A stretch of DNA of 64,000 bases from Bacillota bacterium. Its GTDB lineage: Bacteria > Bacillota > Clostridia > Acetivibrionales > DTU013. The translations under genes were made by a program, and so were the position numbers. Position 1 is the stretch's first letter; each line of letters begins with the position of its first letter. The stretch lies in the NCBI GenBank assembly GCA_023426125.1, contig JAFABI010000029.1, positions 5,701 through 69,700 of the forward strand, written 5' to 3'. Below, in pieces: positions 20,701 to 30,315 of this stretch. A model generated the notes under the pieces. The model saw nothing but the letters and a program-made list of their open reading frames with translations, was not told the DNA's origin and made no database searches.

Positions 20701-21282
20701 TATTACGGGCTTCAGCTTCAGCTTCTTACCTATATGGATGCGGTGCTGGGGAATGAAAAAGGGAAGAATCTCCTCCCCGGCGGCGTACTCTATTTCAGAC
20801 TTGATGATCCCGTGGTGAGGGGAGACCGGCTGAGTACCGAAGAGGACATCGAAAGGGCCATCATGAAGCAGCTCAAAATGAAAGGCTTGCTGCTGGCAGA
20901 CGTCAGGCTTGTCAAGGAAATGGACAGGCAGATTGACGGCGACTCGCTGATCATTCCGGCAAGGCTCAACAAAGGCGGCGTTCTTGGGAAATCGTCGGCT
21001 GCCACCGAAGAGCAGTTCAGCCATTTGCGGAAGCATGTCAGAACGACGCTGATGCGTATCGGGGAGGAAATATTGCGGGGGAATGCAAAAATAAGCCCTT
21101 ATAAAAAAAGAGCAGGTACGGCATGCGCCTATTGCAGCTATTCTTCCGTATGCCAGTTTGACCCTGCCGTAGCAGATAACAATTATAGATTTCTTAATGA
21201 CATCAAGGATGAAGACGTTTGGCGGCTCATACGCAGCGAAACGGAGGAAGGGAAGAACCGCGGGGAGGGAACGGGAGCATGA
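17800..21282 (+). CDS. addB: Helicase-exonuclease AddAB, subunit B
   Basis: N-terminal GRAGSGKT Walker A, about 1160 aa, and a C-terminal Fe-S/nuclease cysteine cluster (CAYCSYSSVCQFD). ATGA overlap with addA. Confidence 0.95.
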   Translation: MSLRLIYGRAGSGKTHYCLESIKDSLKNKQNKILLIVPEQFSLQAERSLSKVAGKGGMLRAEVLSFRRMAYRVFNEVGGIARRHINTAGKSMILFRIMDRLKDELCVFSGAARQKGFAGAMSKMIAEFKRYDLTPEMLKESLDGLNEAGSLKHKLQDLSLIYSGFEAAIHQRYMDSDDDLTELFKKLDKSIQFDHAEIWIDEFSGFTPQEFKVIQKLLVKAESVNICLCTDCLETDLDTIPGMVFVPVRNTADRLKRLAQQANVKIDLPLRLGQSGGNRQATPGRFSSNPALGHLERSLFSYPYRKYADTTESISIFAAANMFSEVEAAAREAIKLCRESGLRYRDIAVTCRDLDNYEKVISVIFKEYGIPCFIDKKRDITGHPLIILILSVFEIFKTSWSYEAVFRYIKSGLSNIDRENSDVLENYVLACGIKGSRWIQEQEWPVRLEFGRNKKESGSYEQQSMEAVNRARMQLAGPLAEFRRKTRGRRNATEICTALYDLLCEIEAPQRIDGLICYFSASGELDKANEYRQVWNIAMEVLTQIVEVSGDDLMGIGRFSDILAAGFEEYSIGLIPPALDQVLVGSVERSKSHEIKALFILGVNEGVFPAAVNEEGILTDAERGRLESLGIQLAKDSRYRLLEERFLVYTSLATPSGYLRLSFPAADRDGRALRPSRLISDIKRIFPAIRETSDISGIKTEEDEIGLIAAPVPAFNELVASVRRRFEGFETSPLWQEVFQWFQNHGAWRERCGTMLAGLGYSNQPERMNTARAASLYGNPLNTSISRLETYASCPFSYYVRYGLKAEERSIFRLNPVDVGTFMHNVLDEFSRLVAAKGISWRTLEKDWCGSQVSAIIDGMLEKTSGTIFNSSKRYVYLSARLKRIVTRAVLTISEHMKRSGFEPVGYEVEFSEYGQYPPIVIRLPSGDSLSLTGRIDRIDSMTNGDGTYLRIIDYKSGSKALKLADVYYGLQLQLLTYMDAVLGNEKGKNLLPGGVLYFRLDDPVVRGDRLSTEEDIERAIMKQLKMKGLLLADVRLVKEMDRQIDGDSLIIPARLNKGGVLGKSSAATEEQFSHLRKHVRTTLMRIGEEILRGNAKISPYKKRAGTACAYCSYSSVCQFDPAVADNNYRFLNDIKDEDVWRLIRSETEEGKNRGEGTGA

Positions 21283-24200
21283 GTGGGGCGCAGTGGACGA
21301 GAGAACAGCTGGAAGCAATCACCAGGAAAGGATGCAATCTGCTGGTGGCAGCCGCGGCCGGCGCAGGGAAAACAGCCGTGCTTGTGGAAAGGATCATACG
21401 GAAGATTTCGGATCCGGCAAACCCCATCGATCTGGATACGCTGCTGGTCGTCACCTTTACCAATGCCGCTGCCGCCGAAATGAGGGAAAGAATAGGACTT
21501 GCACTGGAAGACGCCCTGGAGGCTAATCCCTCCTCGGAGCACCTGCAAAGGCAGCTGACCCTTCTGGGAAAGGCCAGCATAACCACCCTTCACTCCTTCT
21601 GCCTGGAGGTTGTCCGCGGCAATTTCCACCGGATCGGGCTGGATCCGGTGTTCAGGATTGCGGATGATACCGAAACCATGCTGCTGAAGCTGGACATCCT
21701 GGAAGCGCTGTTTGAGGACAAATATGAGGATGAAAATACCGGCAGGGATTTTTACAGGCTTGTGGAATGTTATGGGGGTGCAAAGAGCGATGAAGCGCTG
21801 CAGGAAATTGTCCTGGCGCTCCATGAATTTGTCCAGAGCCATCCCTGGCCTTTGCAATGGCTGGAGGAGCATACCGAAGAATTCAATCTTCCCGAGGATA
21901 CCGATCTGTGTGAAACGGCATGGGGAAAAGTTATCATAAAGAGTGTGTCGGCCGAAATAAAAGGATTGCTGGGAATTTCCGAGGGCGCCCTGTCGGCCGC
22001 CAACAGGGCAAATGGACTGGAACCTTATGCAGGCTGCCTTGATGAGGATGTCAGGCAGCTCAAAGCGCTGCTTAAGCGATTGTCCGAAGCCGAAGCTTCA
22101 GCTTCCGGCTGGGACGATTTATACCGGGCCTTCAACGCATTTGAACCCGGCAGGCTGCCCCGGTGCGGCAAAGACGCCGATGCGGAAGCCCAGGAGCAGG
22201 TGAAGGCGGCCAGGAAGGAAGTAAAGGACAGGCTGTCCAAGATAATTGAAGGTACATTCAATGTAGCCTCGGATGAAGCAATAAGGGAATTCCGGAGGAT
22301 TTACCCTGTGTTTAAAGCCCTTGCCCGGCTCACTGCCGAATTCGGTGAGAGATTCAAGGCGAAAAAGAGGGAAAAGGCGTTGCTGGACTTCAACGACCTG
22401 GAGCACCTGTGCCTGGAAATATTGCTCCCGGACGGCGAGCCTTCCGGGGTCGCATTGGAGCTGAGGGAGAAATATGAAGAAATCCTGGTGGACGAATACC
22501 AGGACAGCAATCTTATCCAGGAAGTGATCATCAATACGATATCCCGGGCGAGGGCGGGACAGCCCAACATCTTTATGGTGGGGGACGTCAAACAAAGCAT
22601 ATACAGGTTCAGGCAGGCCAGGCCCCAGCTTTTTCTATCCAAGTACAACAGCTATCCTTCCGAACCGGGCTCGGAAAATATGCGCATTCTTCTCTATAAA
22701 AATTTCCGCAGCCGCCATGAAGTCATCAACGGCGCCAATTTCATCTTCAAACGCATCATGTCGGAACTGGTAGGAGAACTGGACTATACCGACGAGGAAG
22801 CATTAAACCCGGGAGCTGTTTTCCCTGCAACACAGGGGGACGGTTCCCCTGTGTCCCTCAGCCAGCCCGGCAGGCAATCAATGATAACCTCTGTGGAAAC
22901 ACCCGGGGACGCTTCTGTTGAATTCTCTGAGACAGGAGAAACGTCTCCATGTATTATCGGAGAACCATCCCCATGGACTGTGGAGGTTAATATAATTGAT
23001 CTGGCGGACAGCGGAGCTAATCAGGACGAGAACGGCGGCGGCCCTGAACCTGAGGATGGGGATGAAGGTACGGCGCAGCAGGATGAAAATGAACGTCCGG
23101 ATGCCATTCAAGCGGAGGCTGCGGCGGTTGCGGGAAGGATAAGGCAGCTGATGGGAGCTTCGCCGGACCATCCCGCTTTCAAAGTATATGATAAAAAGCT
23201 GAACGGGTACAGAAATGTAGAGTATAGAGACATTGTAATACTTCTTCGGACTACCCGGAACTGGTCGGGAATTTTTTCGGAAGAGCTTGGCCTGCAAGGG
23301 ATTCCGGCATATGCCGATACAGGCACCGGATATTTCAAAACAGTGGAGATCCAGACGGTTATATCCTTGCTGCGTATCATCGATAATCCGCTGCAGGACA
23401 TACCTTTCCTCGCCGTCCTGCGGTCCCCCGTCTGTTCGTTTTCGGCGGATGAGCTGGCGGATATTCGATTAGCGGACCGGGACATGCCCTTTTATGAAGC
23501 GATGAAAAAATACTCGGCCGGCTGTCCTGGAAGCACTGCGGATAGAGCTGCAAAATTCCTTAATGATCTTGGCGAATGGCGCAGCAAAGCAATGTACATG
23601 TCTACTGACGAGCTGATCTGGTACCTATATACGCAAACCTCGTACTACAGCTATGCGGGAATCCTTCCCGGAGGCCCGCAGCGCCAGGCAAACCTGAGGA
23701 TGCTGTTTGAAAGAGCACGGCAGTATGAAGAGACCAGCTACAAAGGCCTGTTCAATTTCATCAGCTACATTGAACGTTTGAAAAGCGGCGGCGGAGATAT
23801 GGGCAGTGCAAAGATCCTGGGTGAGAATGAAAATGTCGTAAGGATTATGAGCATTCACAAAAGCAAGGGTCTGGAATTTCCGGTGGTGTTTGTGTCAGGC
23901 TGCGGAAAGAGATTCAATCTTCAGGATTTGAACGGTAAAATACTGATGCATCAGGAGCTTGGCTTCGGACCTGATCTTGTGGATACGGAAAAAAGGATCA
24001 CCTGGCCGCTGATCAGCAAGCAGGCCATTAAATATAAAATCCGGCAGGAGACACTTTCTGAAGAAATGCGGATTTTGTATGTAGCCTTCACAAGGGCGAG
24101 AGAAAAGCTCATAATCACGGGCGCAGTCAAGGATTATGCAAAAGCGGCCGCCGGCTGGCTGAAATGTGCGGGAAAAGCCGGAACCCGGCTAAAGGAATTC

Positions 24201-25184
24201 GACATGCTGAAGGCGGCAACATACCTGGATTGGATTGGTCCCGCCCTGTCCGGCCTGGGAAAAGAGGAACATGGTTTGGTTGAATTTTCGGATACAAAAG
24301 AACCGTCCCTCTGCTTTGCGGTCCGGGTTTCAAGCATCAATGACGCAAGCGCAGGAAAAGGAAGGGAGCAGAAATCTGCAGAAGAGCTGTTTCAATGGCT
24401 TTCGGGGCAAACGCCGGACAAGGACGGTGCAGGTGGTTTTGAAGATGTGAAAAAAAGGCTGGAATGGCGGTATACCTACGAAAAATCGGGTGAAATACCT
24501 GCCAAACTATCGGTTACGGAGCTGAAAAGGCTTTTTAATCTTGTGTCCTCCGATGAAAAGCCTGCCATCGAGCTGCAGCTGCCTCCCATCGCAGCCAGGC
24601 CTCAATTCATGGAGGCGGCCAAAGGCTTGAGCCCGAGTGAGAAGGGGTCTGTAATGCATTTCGTCATGCAGCACCTGGAATTAGGAGAAATGAAACGTTT
24701 ACTTAAGGAAGGCGCCAGCAGTGCAGAAATTGCCGACGAGATCCGCAGCCAGGCGTCCCGCATGGTGGAGGAAGAATTCCTGACGCCGCAGGAGGCAGAG
24801 GCTGTTAATGAAAGGCGGATTGCCGGCTTTTTCCTTTCCGGTTTGGGTCAGAGGCTGCTGGCGTCTAGAGCAGTTAATCGTGAGACGCCTTTCAATATTG
24901 AGCTTGAGTGTACGGAAGTATACCGTGACATGCCTTCGGACCTGTATGCCGGCGAAACGGTACTGCTGCAGGGAGTAATCGATTGTTTTTTTGAAGAACA
25001 GGAAGGGCTTATCCTGGTGGACTATAAAACGGATTATGTACCTGCTTCGGGGATCAACCGGATCAAGGAGCTTTACGGCATACAGATCGATTACTATGTT
25101 AAAGCCCTTGAATCCATCACAGGGAAAAAGGTACAGGAAAAATTTATCTATTTGTTTTACAACGGAGAAATCGTTCCATTCTGA
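21279..25184 (+). CDS. addA: Helicase-exonuclease AddAB, subunit A (UvrD-type helicase plus RecB nuclease)
   Basis: WTREQLEAI..AAAGAGKTAVLVERI, DEYQDSN, a VGDVKQSIYRFRQA motif and a C-terminal GVIDCFFEE..LVDYKTD nuclease motif. Start at the ATG at 21279. Confidence 0.95.
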   Translation: MSGAQWTREQLEAITRKGCNLLVAAAAGAGKTAVLVERIIRKISDPANPIDLDTLLVVTFTNAAAAEMRERIGLALEDALEANPSSEHLQRQLTLLGKASITTLHSFCLEVVRGNFHRIGLDPVFRIADDTETMLLKLDILEALFEDKYEDENTGRDFYRLVECYGGAKSDEALQEIVLALHEFVQSHPWPLQWLEEHTEEFNLPEDTDLCETAWGKVIIKSVSAEIKGLLGISEGALSAANRANGLEPYAGCLDEDVRQLKALLKRLSEAEASASGWDDLYRAFNAFEPGRLPRCGKDADAEAQEQVKAARKEVKDRLSKIIEGTFNVASDEAIREFRRIYPVFKALARLTAEFGERFKAKKREKALLDFNDLEHLCLEILLPDGEPSGVALELREKYEEILVDEYQDSNLIQEVIINTISRARAGQPNIFMVGDVKQSIYRFRQARPQLFLSKYNSYPSEPGSENMRILLYKNFRSRHEVINGANFIFKRIMSELVGELDYTDEEALNPGAVFPATQGDGSPVSLSQPGRQSMITSVETPGDASVEFSETGETSPCIIGEPSPWTVEVNIIDLADSGANQDENGGGPEPEDGDEGTAQQDENERPDAIQAEAAAVAGRIRQLMGASPDHPAFKVYDKKLNGYRNVEYRDIVILLRTTRNWSGIFSEELGLQGIPAYADTGTGYFKTVEIQTVISLLRIIDNPLQDIPFLAVLRSPVCSFSADELADIRLADRDMPFYEAMKKYSAGCPGSTADRAAKFLNDLGEWRSKAMYMSTDELIWYLYTQTSYYSYAGILPGGPQRQANLRMLFERARQYEETSYKGLFNFISYIERLKSGGGDMGSAKILGENENVVRIMSIHKSKGLEFPVVFVSGCGKRFNLQDLNGKILMHQELGFGPDLVDTEKRITWPLISKQAIKYKIRQETLSEEMRILYVAFTRAREKLIITGAVKDYAKAAAGWLKCAGKAGTRLKEFDMLKAATYLDWIGPALSGLGKEEHGLVEFSDTKEPSLCFAVRVSSINDASAGKGREQKSAEELFQWLSGQTPDKDGAGGFEDVKKRLEWRYTYEKSGEIPAKLSVTELKRLFNLVSSDEKPAIELQLPPIAARPQFMEAAKGLSPSEKGSVMHFVMQHLELGEMKRLLKEGASSAEIADEIRSQASRMVEEEFLTPQEAEAVNERRIAGFFLSGLGQRLLASRAVNRETPFNIELECTEVYRDMPSDLYAGETVLLQGVIDCFFEEQEGLILVDYKTDYVPASGINRIKELYGIQIDYYVKALESITGKKVQEKFIYLFYNGEIVPF

Positions 25185-25246
25185 ATATTATCCTTGCCTT
25201 GTTGGCAAACTTAATAGTAAATAAAGGAGCGCCTTCAGCGGAAAAT

Positions 25247-26893
25247 ATGAAAAAATTCAGGGTAATCCGATATCCTACACAGGTAGGGGACATTGCAAAA
25301 AACAAGAAAAAAGGCGGTAACAGACTTCAAAAAAAGCTGGAGCAGATAGAGAAACAAAGTGAGCAGGCATATTCCAGCGCGGAAATATCCGGCTGCATGG
25401 ATTCCGATATGCAGTATATCAGCGATTTGTTCAAGAAATGTTCCGATTTCATCATCAGAAGACTGGAGCTGGGCGAGGGCAAGACTCCTTGCTTTGCCGT
25501 TTATCTGGGCAGTCTGATCAAAAAGGAATCTGTAAATGAATATTTTCTTAAACCCTTAATGGCAGACTTAAGGATAACCGGTGCAGATAGCCGTTTCCAA
25601 GGAGAAATCCGGATTCCTGAGTTGGCGGCCGCGTCCATTTATTCCTATCAGACCCAGGAATTCCATCTTTTTAAGGATGTGGTCAATAAGCTCCTTATCG
25701 GCTATTGCGCACTTTTTATCGATGGCAGCAACACAGCGTTGGTAGCGGATTTAAAGAGTGAAGTGGGGAGAGCGGTGTCGGAGTCCCGGGTTGAAACAGT
25801 GGTAAAAGGACCCCATGAGGCGTTTGTGGAGGACATGAGAACCAATGCTTCCCTGGTAAGAAAAAGAATAAAATCACCCGATCTGAAGCTGGAAATGCTT
25901 GAAGTAGGCAGATTGAGCAGCACATCGGTTGTTATTTCCTACATAAGCGGAATCGTGGATGAAAAAATTGTCGATGAAGTAAGAACAAGAATCAGCAGGA
26001 TTGATGTCGATATCATACAGGACAGCAGCTATATCGAGAAATACATTGAGGATAGCGCATTTTCACCTTTTCCGCTAATGGTGCTGACGGAAAGGCCGGA
26101 CAAGTGTTCCGCCGCTCTGGCGGAAGGGCGGGTTGTCGTTATCATTGACGGTTCCCCAAATGCTTTGATATTGCCTGTGACCTTCGCCGATTTTCTTGTT
26201 GCCGCCGAGGACTACTATTATATCTTCTATTTTTCCACTTTGCTCAGGATCCTCAGATATCTTGCGTTTGGAATTTCCTTGCTTGGCCCTTCGTTTTATA
26301 TAGCGATGACCACCTTTCATCAGGAAATGATTCCGCTTTCCTTGCTCGTTACGTTTACGCGTTCCCGGGCGGAAATACCTTTTCCGGCAATCATTGAGGC
26401 CCTACTGATGGAATTCACCTTTGAACTGCTGAGGGAAGCCGGAATAAGGCTGCCACAGCCGGTAGGATCTGCCGTAAGCATCGTGGGAGGACTTGTCATA
26501 GGACAGGGAGTCGTACAGGCCGGAATTGTATCCCAGACGATGGTTATTGTCGTTGCCCTTACCGGGATTGCCTCATTTGCAATACCCACTTACAATTCAG
26601 CCATAACATTCAGGCTCCTGAGATTCCCCTTCATGCTGATGGCAGCAGTGTTTGGCATCTATGGGATTATCATGGGACTGCTTGTTATGCTGATTCATCT
26701 GGCAAGCCTGAGGTCCTTCGGCGTTCCTTACCTTGCCCCATTTACTTCCTCTTCGTTTAGCGATTTGAAGGATTCTGCAATTATGGCTCCTATCTGGACG
26801 ATGACAAAGCGTCCATCCTTCATTCAAAAGAACAATCCCCACAGAATGAAAAAGGATATCCGGCCGGAGTCCCGGAAAACCGGAGGAGGTTAA
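25247..26893 (+). CDS. Spore germination protein, GerA/KA (A subunit) family
   Basis: Typical length, a soluble N-terminal part and a C-terminal 4-5 TM region. Followed by a Ger(x)C gene. The start is uncertain (25199 or 25247). Confidence 0.85.
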   Translation: MKKFRVIRYPTQVGDIAKNKKKGGNRLQKKLEQIEKQSEQAYSSAEISGCMDSDMQYISDLFKKCSDFIIRRLELGEGKTPCFAVYLGSLIKKESVNEYFLKPLMADLRITGADSRFQGEIRIPELAAASIYSYQTQEFHLFKDVVNKLLIGYCALFIDGSNTALVADLKSEVGRAVSESRVETVVKGPHEAFVEDMRTNASLVRKRIKSPDLKLEMLEVGRLSSTSVVISYISGIVDEKIVDEVRTRISRIDVDIIQDSSYIEKYIEDSAFSPFPLMVLTERPDKCSAALAEGRVVVIIDGSPNALILPVTFADFLVAAEDYYYIFYFSTLLRILRYLAFGISLLGPSFYIAMTTFHQEMIPLSLLVTFTRSRAEIPFPAIIEALLMEFTFELLREAGIRLPQPVGSAVSIVGGLVIGQGVVQAGIVSQTMVIVVALTGIASFAIPTYNSAITFRLLRFPFMLMAAVFGIYGIIMGLLVMLIHLASLRSFGVPYLAPFTSSSFSDLKDSAIMAPIWTMTKRPSFIQKNNPHRMKKDIRPESRKTGGG

Positions 26894-26898
26894 AGGGT

Positions 26899-28101
26899 AT
26901 GACCGGAAAAAAACCTCTCGCAGGTTTGCTTGTATTCGCAATGCTGTCACTGCTGACCGGCTGCTGGGGAAAAACAGAGCTTAATGAAATAGGCATTGTC
27001 ACAATGACCGGCGTTGACCTGGAGTCTGACGGAAATATCCGTATCACCGTAATGTCAATACAGCCTGAAGGCTCTGCCGTTGCAACGCCCACTCGCTCTT
27101 TTGCCTGGATAGGCACAGCGGTGGGGAAAAATCTAATGGATGCCTCCAAAAATCTCAGAGCTGTCTCCATGAAACATTTGACCTGGATTCATAATACCGT
27201 TATCATCATCGGACAGAAAGCAGCCAGGGGAAAAATGGATGAAGTCATTGATTTCTTTTCAAGAAACAGGGAGGTGCGTTTCAACAGTTATGTCCTTGTA
27301 GCCCAGGATACGGCTTTTGCCATATTACAGGCACCGGCCAACATACAAAACGACCTTTCCAGGGAAATTATCGGAATTATCAACAGCGCGCCTGACTGGT
27401 CCAAAACCTATGTGGCCGATGCCAAGGATTTTCTGGTATCCCATGCGGAAGAATACGGCAATTACGTCACAGGGAAAATCGCTGAAACTTATGAAAAAAG
27501 AACGACCTTTTCCGCGCCGAGGCAGGAGTACGAGAAAATGGGACTTGTAGGCCAGGAGATACCGATTGTGAATCTGGAAGGCTGCGCTGTTTTCCGAGGG
27601 GGCAAAATGCAAGGGTGGATCGATGCCAAGGAGACGAGGGGATATTTATGGATCACCGGAGATATTGAGGTAGGGACAATCATTACCGACGTGGCGGAAG
27701 GAGATTTGTCCTACGAGAACAATTTCAGCAAGACTTCGGTTGAAGTGAGCGTAAAGGACGAAGATATCATTTTTCTTGTTAAAGTGGATACAAGAGGGAC
27801 CCTGGTGGAACAAACATCGGAACATGATGTAAGGCAGCAGGACGTCATTGAGCAAATTGAAGAGGAATTTTCAGAGGATATAAAGAGGGAGATGGAGGCT
27901 TCCGCAGAAAAAATCCAAAAAGAATATAAAGCGGATGTATTTGGTTTTGGAAACCTTCTTCACAAAAAGCATCCGAAGGTCTGGAAAAAAATAGGGGCGG
28001 ATAATTGGGATGAAAAATATTTTCCCGATGTAAAAATCCAGTATGAGGTAGATGTGACCATTGAAAGAACAGGCAAGCTATTAAAGAGTATATACAAATA
28101 A
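26899..28101 (+). CDS. Ger(x)C family germination lipoprotein
   Basis: Lipobox LSLLTGCWG followed by the conserved WGKTELNEIGIVTMTGVD start of GerAC-type proteins. Confidence 0.85.
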   Translation: MTGKKPLAGLLVFAMLSLLTGCWGKTELNEIGIVTMTGVDLESDGNIRITVMSIQPEGSAVATPTRSFAWIGTAVGKNLMDASKNLRAVSMKHLTWIHNTVIIIGQKAARGKMDEVIDFFSRNREVRFNSYVLVAQDTAFAILQAPANIQNDLSREIIGIINSAPDWSKTYVADAKDFLVSHAEEYGNYVTGKIAETYEKRTTFSAPRQEYEKMGLVGQEIPIVNLEGCAVFRGGKMQGWIDAKETRGYLWITGDIEVGTIITDVAEGDLSYENNFSKTSVEVSVKDEDIIFLVKVDTRGTLVEQTSEHDVRQQDVIEQIEEEFSEDIKREMEASAEKIQKEYKADVFGFGNLLHKKHPKVWKKIGADNWDEKYFPDVKIQYEVDVTIERTGKLLKSIYK

Positions 28102-28151
28102 ACGTATCGCAGAATTGTGGAGGATATAGCTAGGGGATAGGAGGCTATCGT

Positions 28152-28385
28152 ATGGTCGCGCTTCTGGTCATTGGATTTGTTGCTGTGGCTGTGTTGCAAA
28201 TCGTATATTTTATTAAAAAAAAGCAGTATAAGGAGATTCCGGTCTATTCTGTGCTAATGGCCTTTGCAATGATTTACGCCATCAGCGGATTAACAGACTG
28301 GGACTTTCCTGCTCCCGGCGAAATCATCGAAAAGGTCTTTGAACCCTTGTCAAATTTTGTATTTAACGCCCATTTAAGAAAATAA
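28152..28385 (+). CDS. Small two-TM membrane protein, unknown function
   Basis: 77 aa with two hydrophobic segments and an AGGAGG RBS. It sits between the gerC-type and gerB-type genes. Confidence 0.45.
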   Translation: MVALLVIGFVAVAVLQIVYFIKKKQYKEIPVYSVLMAFAMIYAISGLTDWDFPAPGEIIEKVFEPLSNFVFNAHLRK

Positions 28386-28404
28386 AAAGCGCCTCGGACG
28401 GGTT

Positions 28405-29514
28405 TCACGACTTCTTCCTTCTGACAAGGGATACTAAAAAAAGCAGCAGCGGAAGAAAGAAGGCCATAAAAAAGCTGAGGAAGGGAAATGTAAAATGACC
28501 GAAATTGAAAACCGTGATTACCCTTTCGGAAGCGGATACCGACAGAGTGATGAAAAGAAGACCCACGGGAACGATCATCGGCTTATAGGATTTGAAACCG
28601 AAAAGCTGTGAAATGCCTAGTACTACCCCGTAATACAGTATGGTGACCTTTATGAAGAGACCGATAATCCATACCCCCATAATTGTAATATCCAGATTCT
28701 TAACGTACTCTCCGATCGTTGCATACCGTACATATTCCAGCGCAGGATAGATCAATTGGGAAGTGAGCTTCCCGAATACTGCGATTGTTAATGTGCCGAG
28801 CAGCATGCTGAAACCTAATACAAGGTTGGTCAGTGTAAAGCTTTTGCCTATATTTTTCTTATCTTGTACAAAGGGTACAAACTGCAATAAAATAACGAGT
28901 TCCAGCAGCCAGGCCTGTATAAGGACGGCACCCTTCAGCGGCGGGACAATTCCGTTTTCCAGAATGGGAAGGTAATTGGTCAGATCGGTTTCGGTGATAT
29001 TTACCAGTGAGATAAAGCCAAGGATCCCCAGTCCGAAGGGAAGGATGAGCTGATTTACCCTGACGATGACCTCCAGACCGTTATGTACTGCGTATGCAGC
29101 AACCAGAGTAGTTATTACGCTGTAGATAATCAAGGGGCCATCCGGATTGAAGGAAGTTACGAAAATGTCGCCCAACTGTCTTATAACAGAGTATCCAAGC
29201 ACCAGCATGTAAAGGATGAAAAGGGAAGCGACAAGCTTTCCCGCCACTTTTCCAAGTAGTTCGACGGAATACTCCACCAGCGTCTTGCCGGGAAATTTTT
29301 TTGCCAGCAGGATGAAAAGTATTGAGATAATCAGCGAGGACGCCGTGCCGAAGAGTACCGACAGCCAGGAATCCTGCTGCGCCTCTTGCGCAACATAGGC
29401 AGGGAGGAAAACGTCTGCGGTTGAGATAACCATGGTGATTCCCAGCAAACCGAACTGAAATGCGGAGATTCTGCCCTTTTCCAGGGGCTGGTTGACTTTT
29501 TGAGAGGACGGCAT
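28405..29514 (-). CDS. Spore germination permease, GerAB (B subunit, APC-type) family
   Basis: 369 aa, about 10 TM helices, and an N-terminus (ISAFQFGLLGITMVISTADVFLPAYVAQ) typical of GerAB/endospore germination permeases. Confidence 0.85.
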   Translation of the reverse strand: MPSSQKVNQPLEKGRISAFQFGLLGITMVISTADVFLPAYVAQEAQQDSWLSVLFGTASSLIISILFILLAKKFPGKTLVEYSVELLGKVAGKLVASLFILYMLVLGYSVIRQLGDIFVTSFNPDGPLIIYSVITTLVAAYAVHNGLEVIVRVNQLILPFGLGILGFISLVNITETDLTNYLPILENGIVPPLKGAVLIQAWLLELVILLQFVPFVQDKKNIGKSFTLTNLVLGFSMLLGTLTIAVFGKLTSQLIYPALEYVRYATIGEYVKNLDITIMGVWIIGLFIKVTILYYGVVLGISQLFGFKSYKPMIVPVGLLFITLSVSASERVITVFNFGHFTFPFLSFFMAFFLPLLLFLVSLVRRKKS

Positions 29515-29697
29515 ATATACTCCTTTATTCGTACCGCAAACCTTCGTTGCAGTATTCGATTCTATGTGTAATATTTACATCTTTCAAGAAAAATATGAAA
29601 GCTTTGCGGAAAACCAAAAGAATAAATCCGCCGCAGAAATGGAAAGATAAGTATGATGTATGATGCCGTATATTCGTACGGAATATGGGAGGCGTAA

Positions 29698-29919
29698 ATG
29701 GAAAAGCTAAGGCAGGAGTATGTTTTAAGCATCATTTTCTATCATTCCGTCGAAAGGGAAGAATTGATGCTGACGAAATACCGCGGATATGTCGAAGCGA
29801 TTGAGGGAAAGAAGAAAAAACCTGAGATTTATTCGATGCTGAAGGAATTTGAAAATGATGCAAGGGAGCATATAGCTCTATTGAAGGATAAAATGATTAA
29901 ATTGAACATCCAGGGCTAG
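29698..29919 (+). CDS. Small helical protein, possibly spore-coat associated (partner of the CotF-like gene)
   Basis: 73 aa with a GGGAGG RBS, 16 nt upstream of the CotF-like ORF. No firm motif. Confidence 0.4.
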   Translation: MEKLRQEYVLSIIFYHSVEREELMLTKYRGYVEAIEGKKKKPEIYSMLKEFENDAREHIALLKDKMIKLNIQG

Positions 29920-29935
29920 GTTTTCGGGAGAGGTT

Positions 29936-30172
29936 ATGAAGGATATTGATATTTACAAGGATTTGCTCTATTGCAGGATATCCAGCCAGGATTATTACAA
30001 CCGGAATATTATTGAGATAAGGAACCCGGAAATAAGGCAGCTTTTCACACAGCTGAGGGATGATGAAATGCGCGCCGTGGTCAAGCTTCAGCAAAAAATA
30101 GAAAAGCTGGAGGTAACGCCGTGGATCGTCACAAAAATAATGCCGACAAAACCCAAATTCCAGGAACGGTAG
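29936..30172 (+). CDS. Spore coat protein F (Coat_F)-like protein
   Basis: DIDIYKDLLYCRISSQDYYNRNIIEIRNPEIRQLFTQLRDDEMRAVVKLQQKI resembles the Coat_F helical domain pattern. Confidence 0.55.
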   Translation: MKDIDIYKDLLYCRISSQDYYNRNIIEIRNPEIRQLFTQLRDDEMRAVVKLQQKIEKLEVTPWIVTKIMPTKPKFQER

Positions 30173-30216
30173 CTCCGGGGCAGCAGATGTAATTTTACGA
30201 AAAGGGAGTTGAACGG

Positions 30217-30315
30217 ATGAGCCTGGTTGTATATGGCTTGCTAGCGAGTCTGATAGCGGTCCTGCTTTATATATGGTTTAAAGTTCTGGACAAATACGGG
30301 GGAAAGGATTCATGA
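30217..30315 (+). CDS. 32-aa single-TM micropeptide translationally coupled to the oxidoreductase
   Basis: Not in the ORF track because it is under 60 aa. ATG at 30217 lies 8 nt after an AAGGGAG RBS. Sequence MSLVVYGLLASLIAVLLYIWFKVLDKYGGKDS. Its TGA overlaps the next ATG (tcATGA at 30312-30315). Confidence 0.4.
   Translation: MSLVVYGLLASLIAVLLYIWFKVLDKYGGKDS

Noticed and set aside
20683-21872. 211-aa and 229-aa ORFs on the minus strand across the addB/addA junction
   Set aside because: They are antisense to well-supported helicase-nuclease genes. Shadow ORFs.
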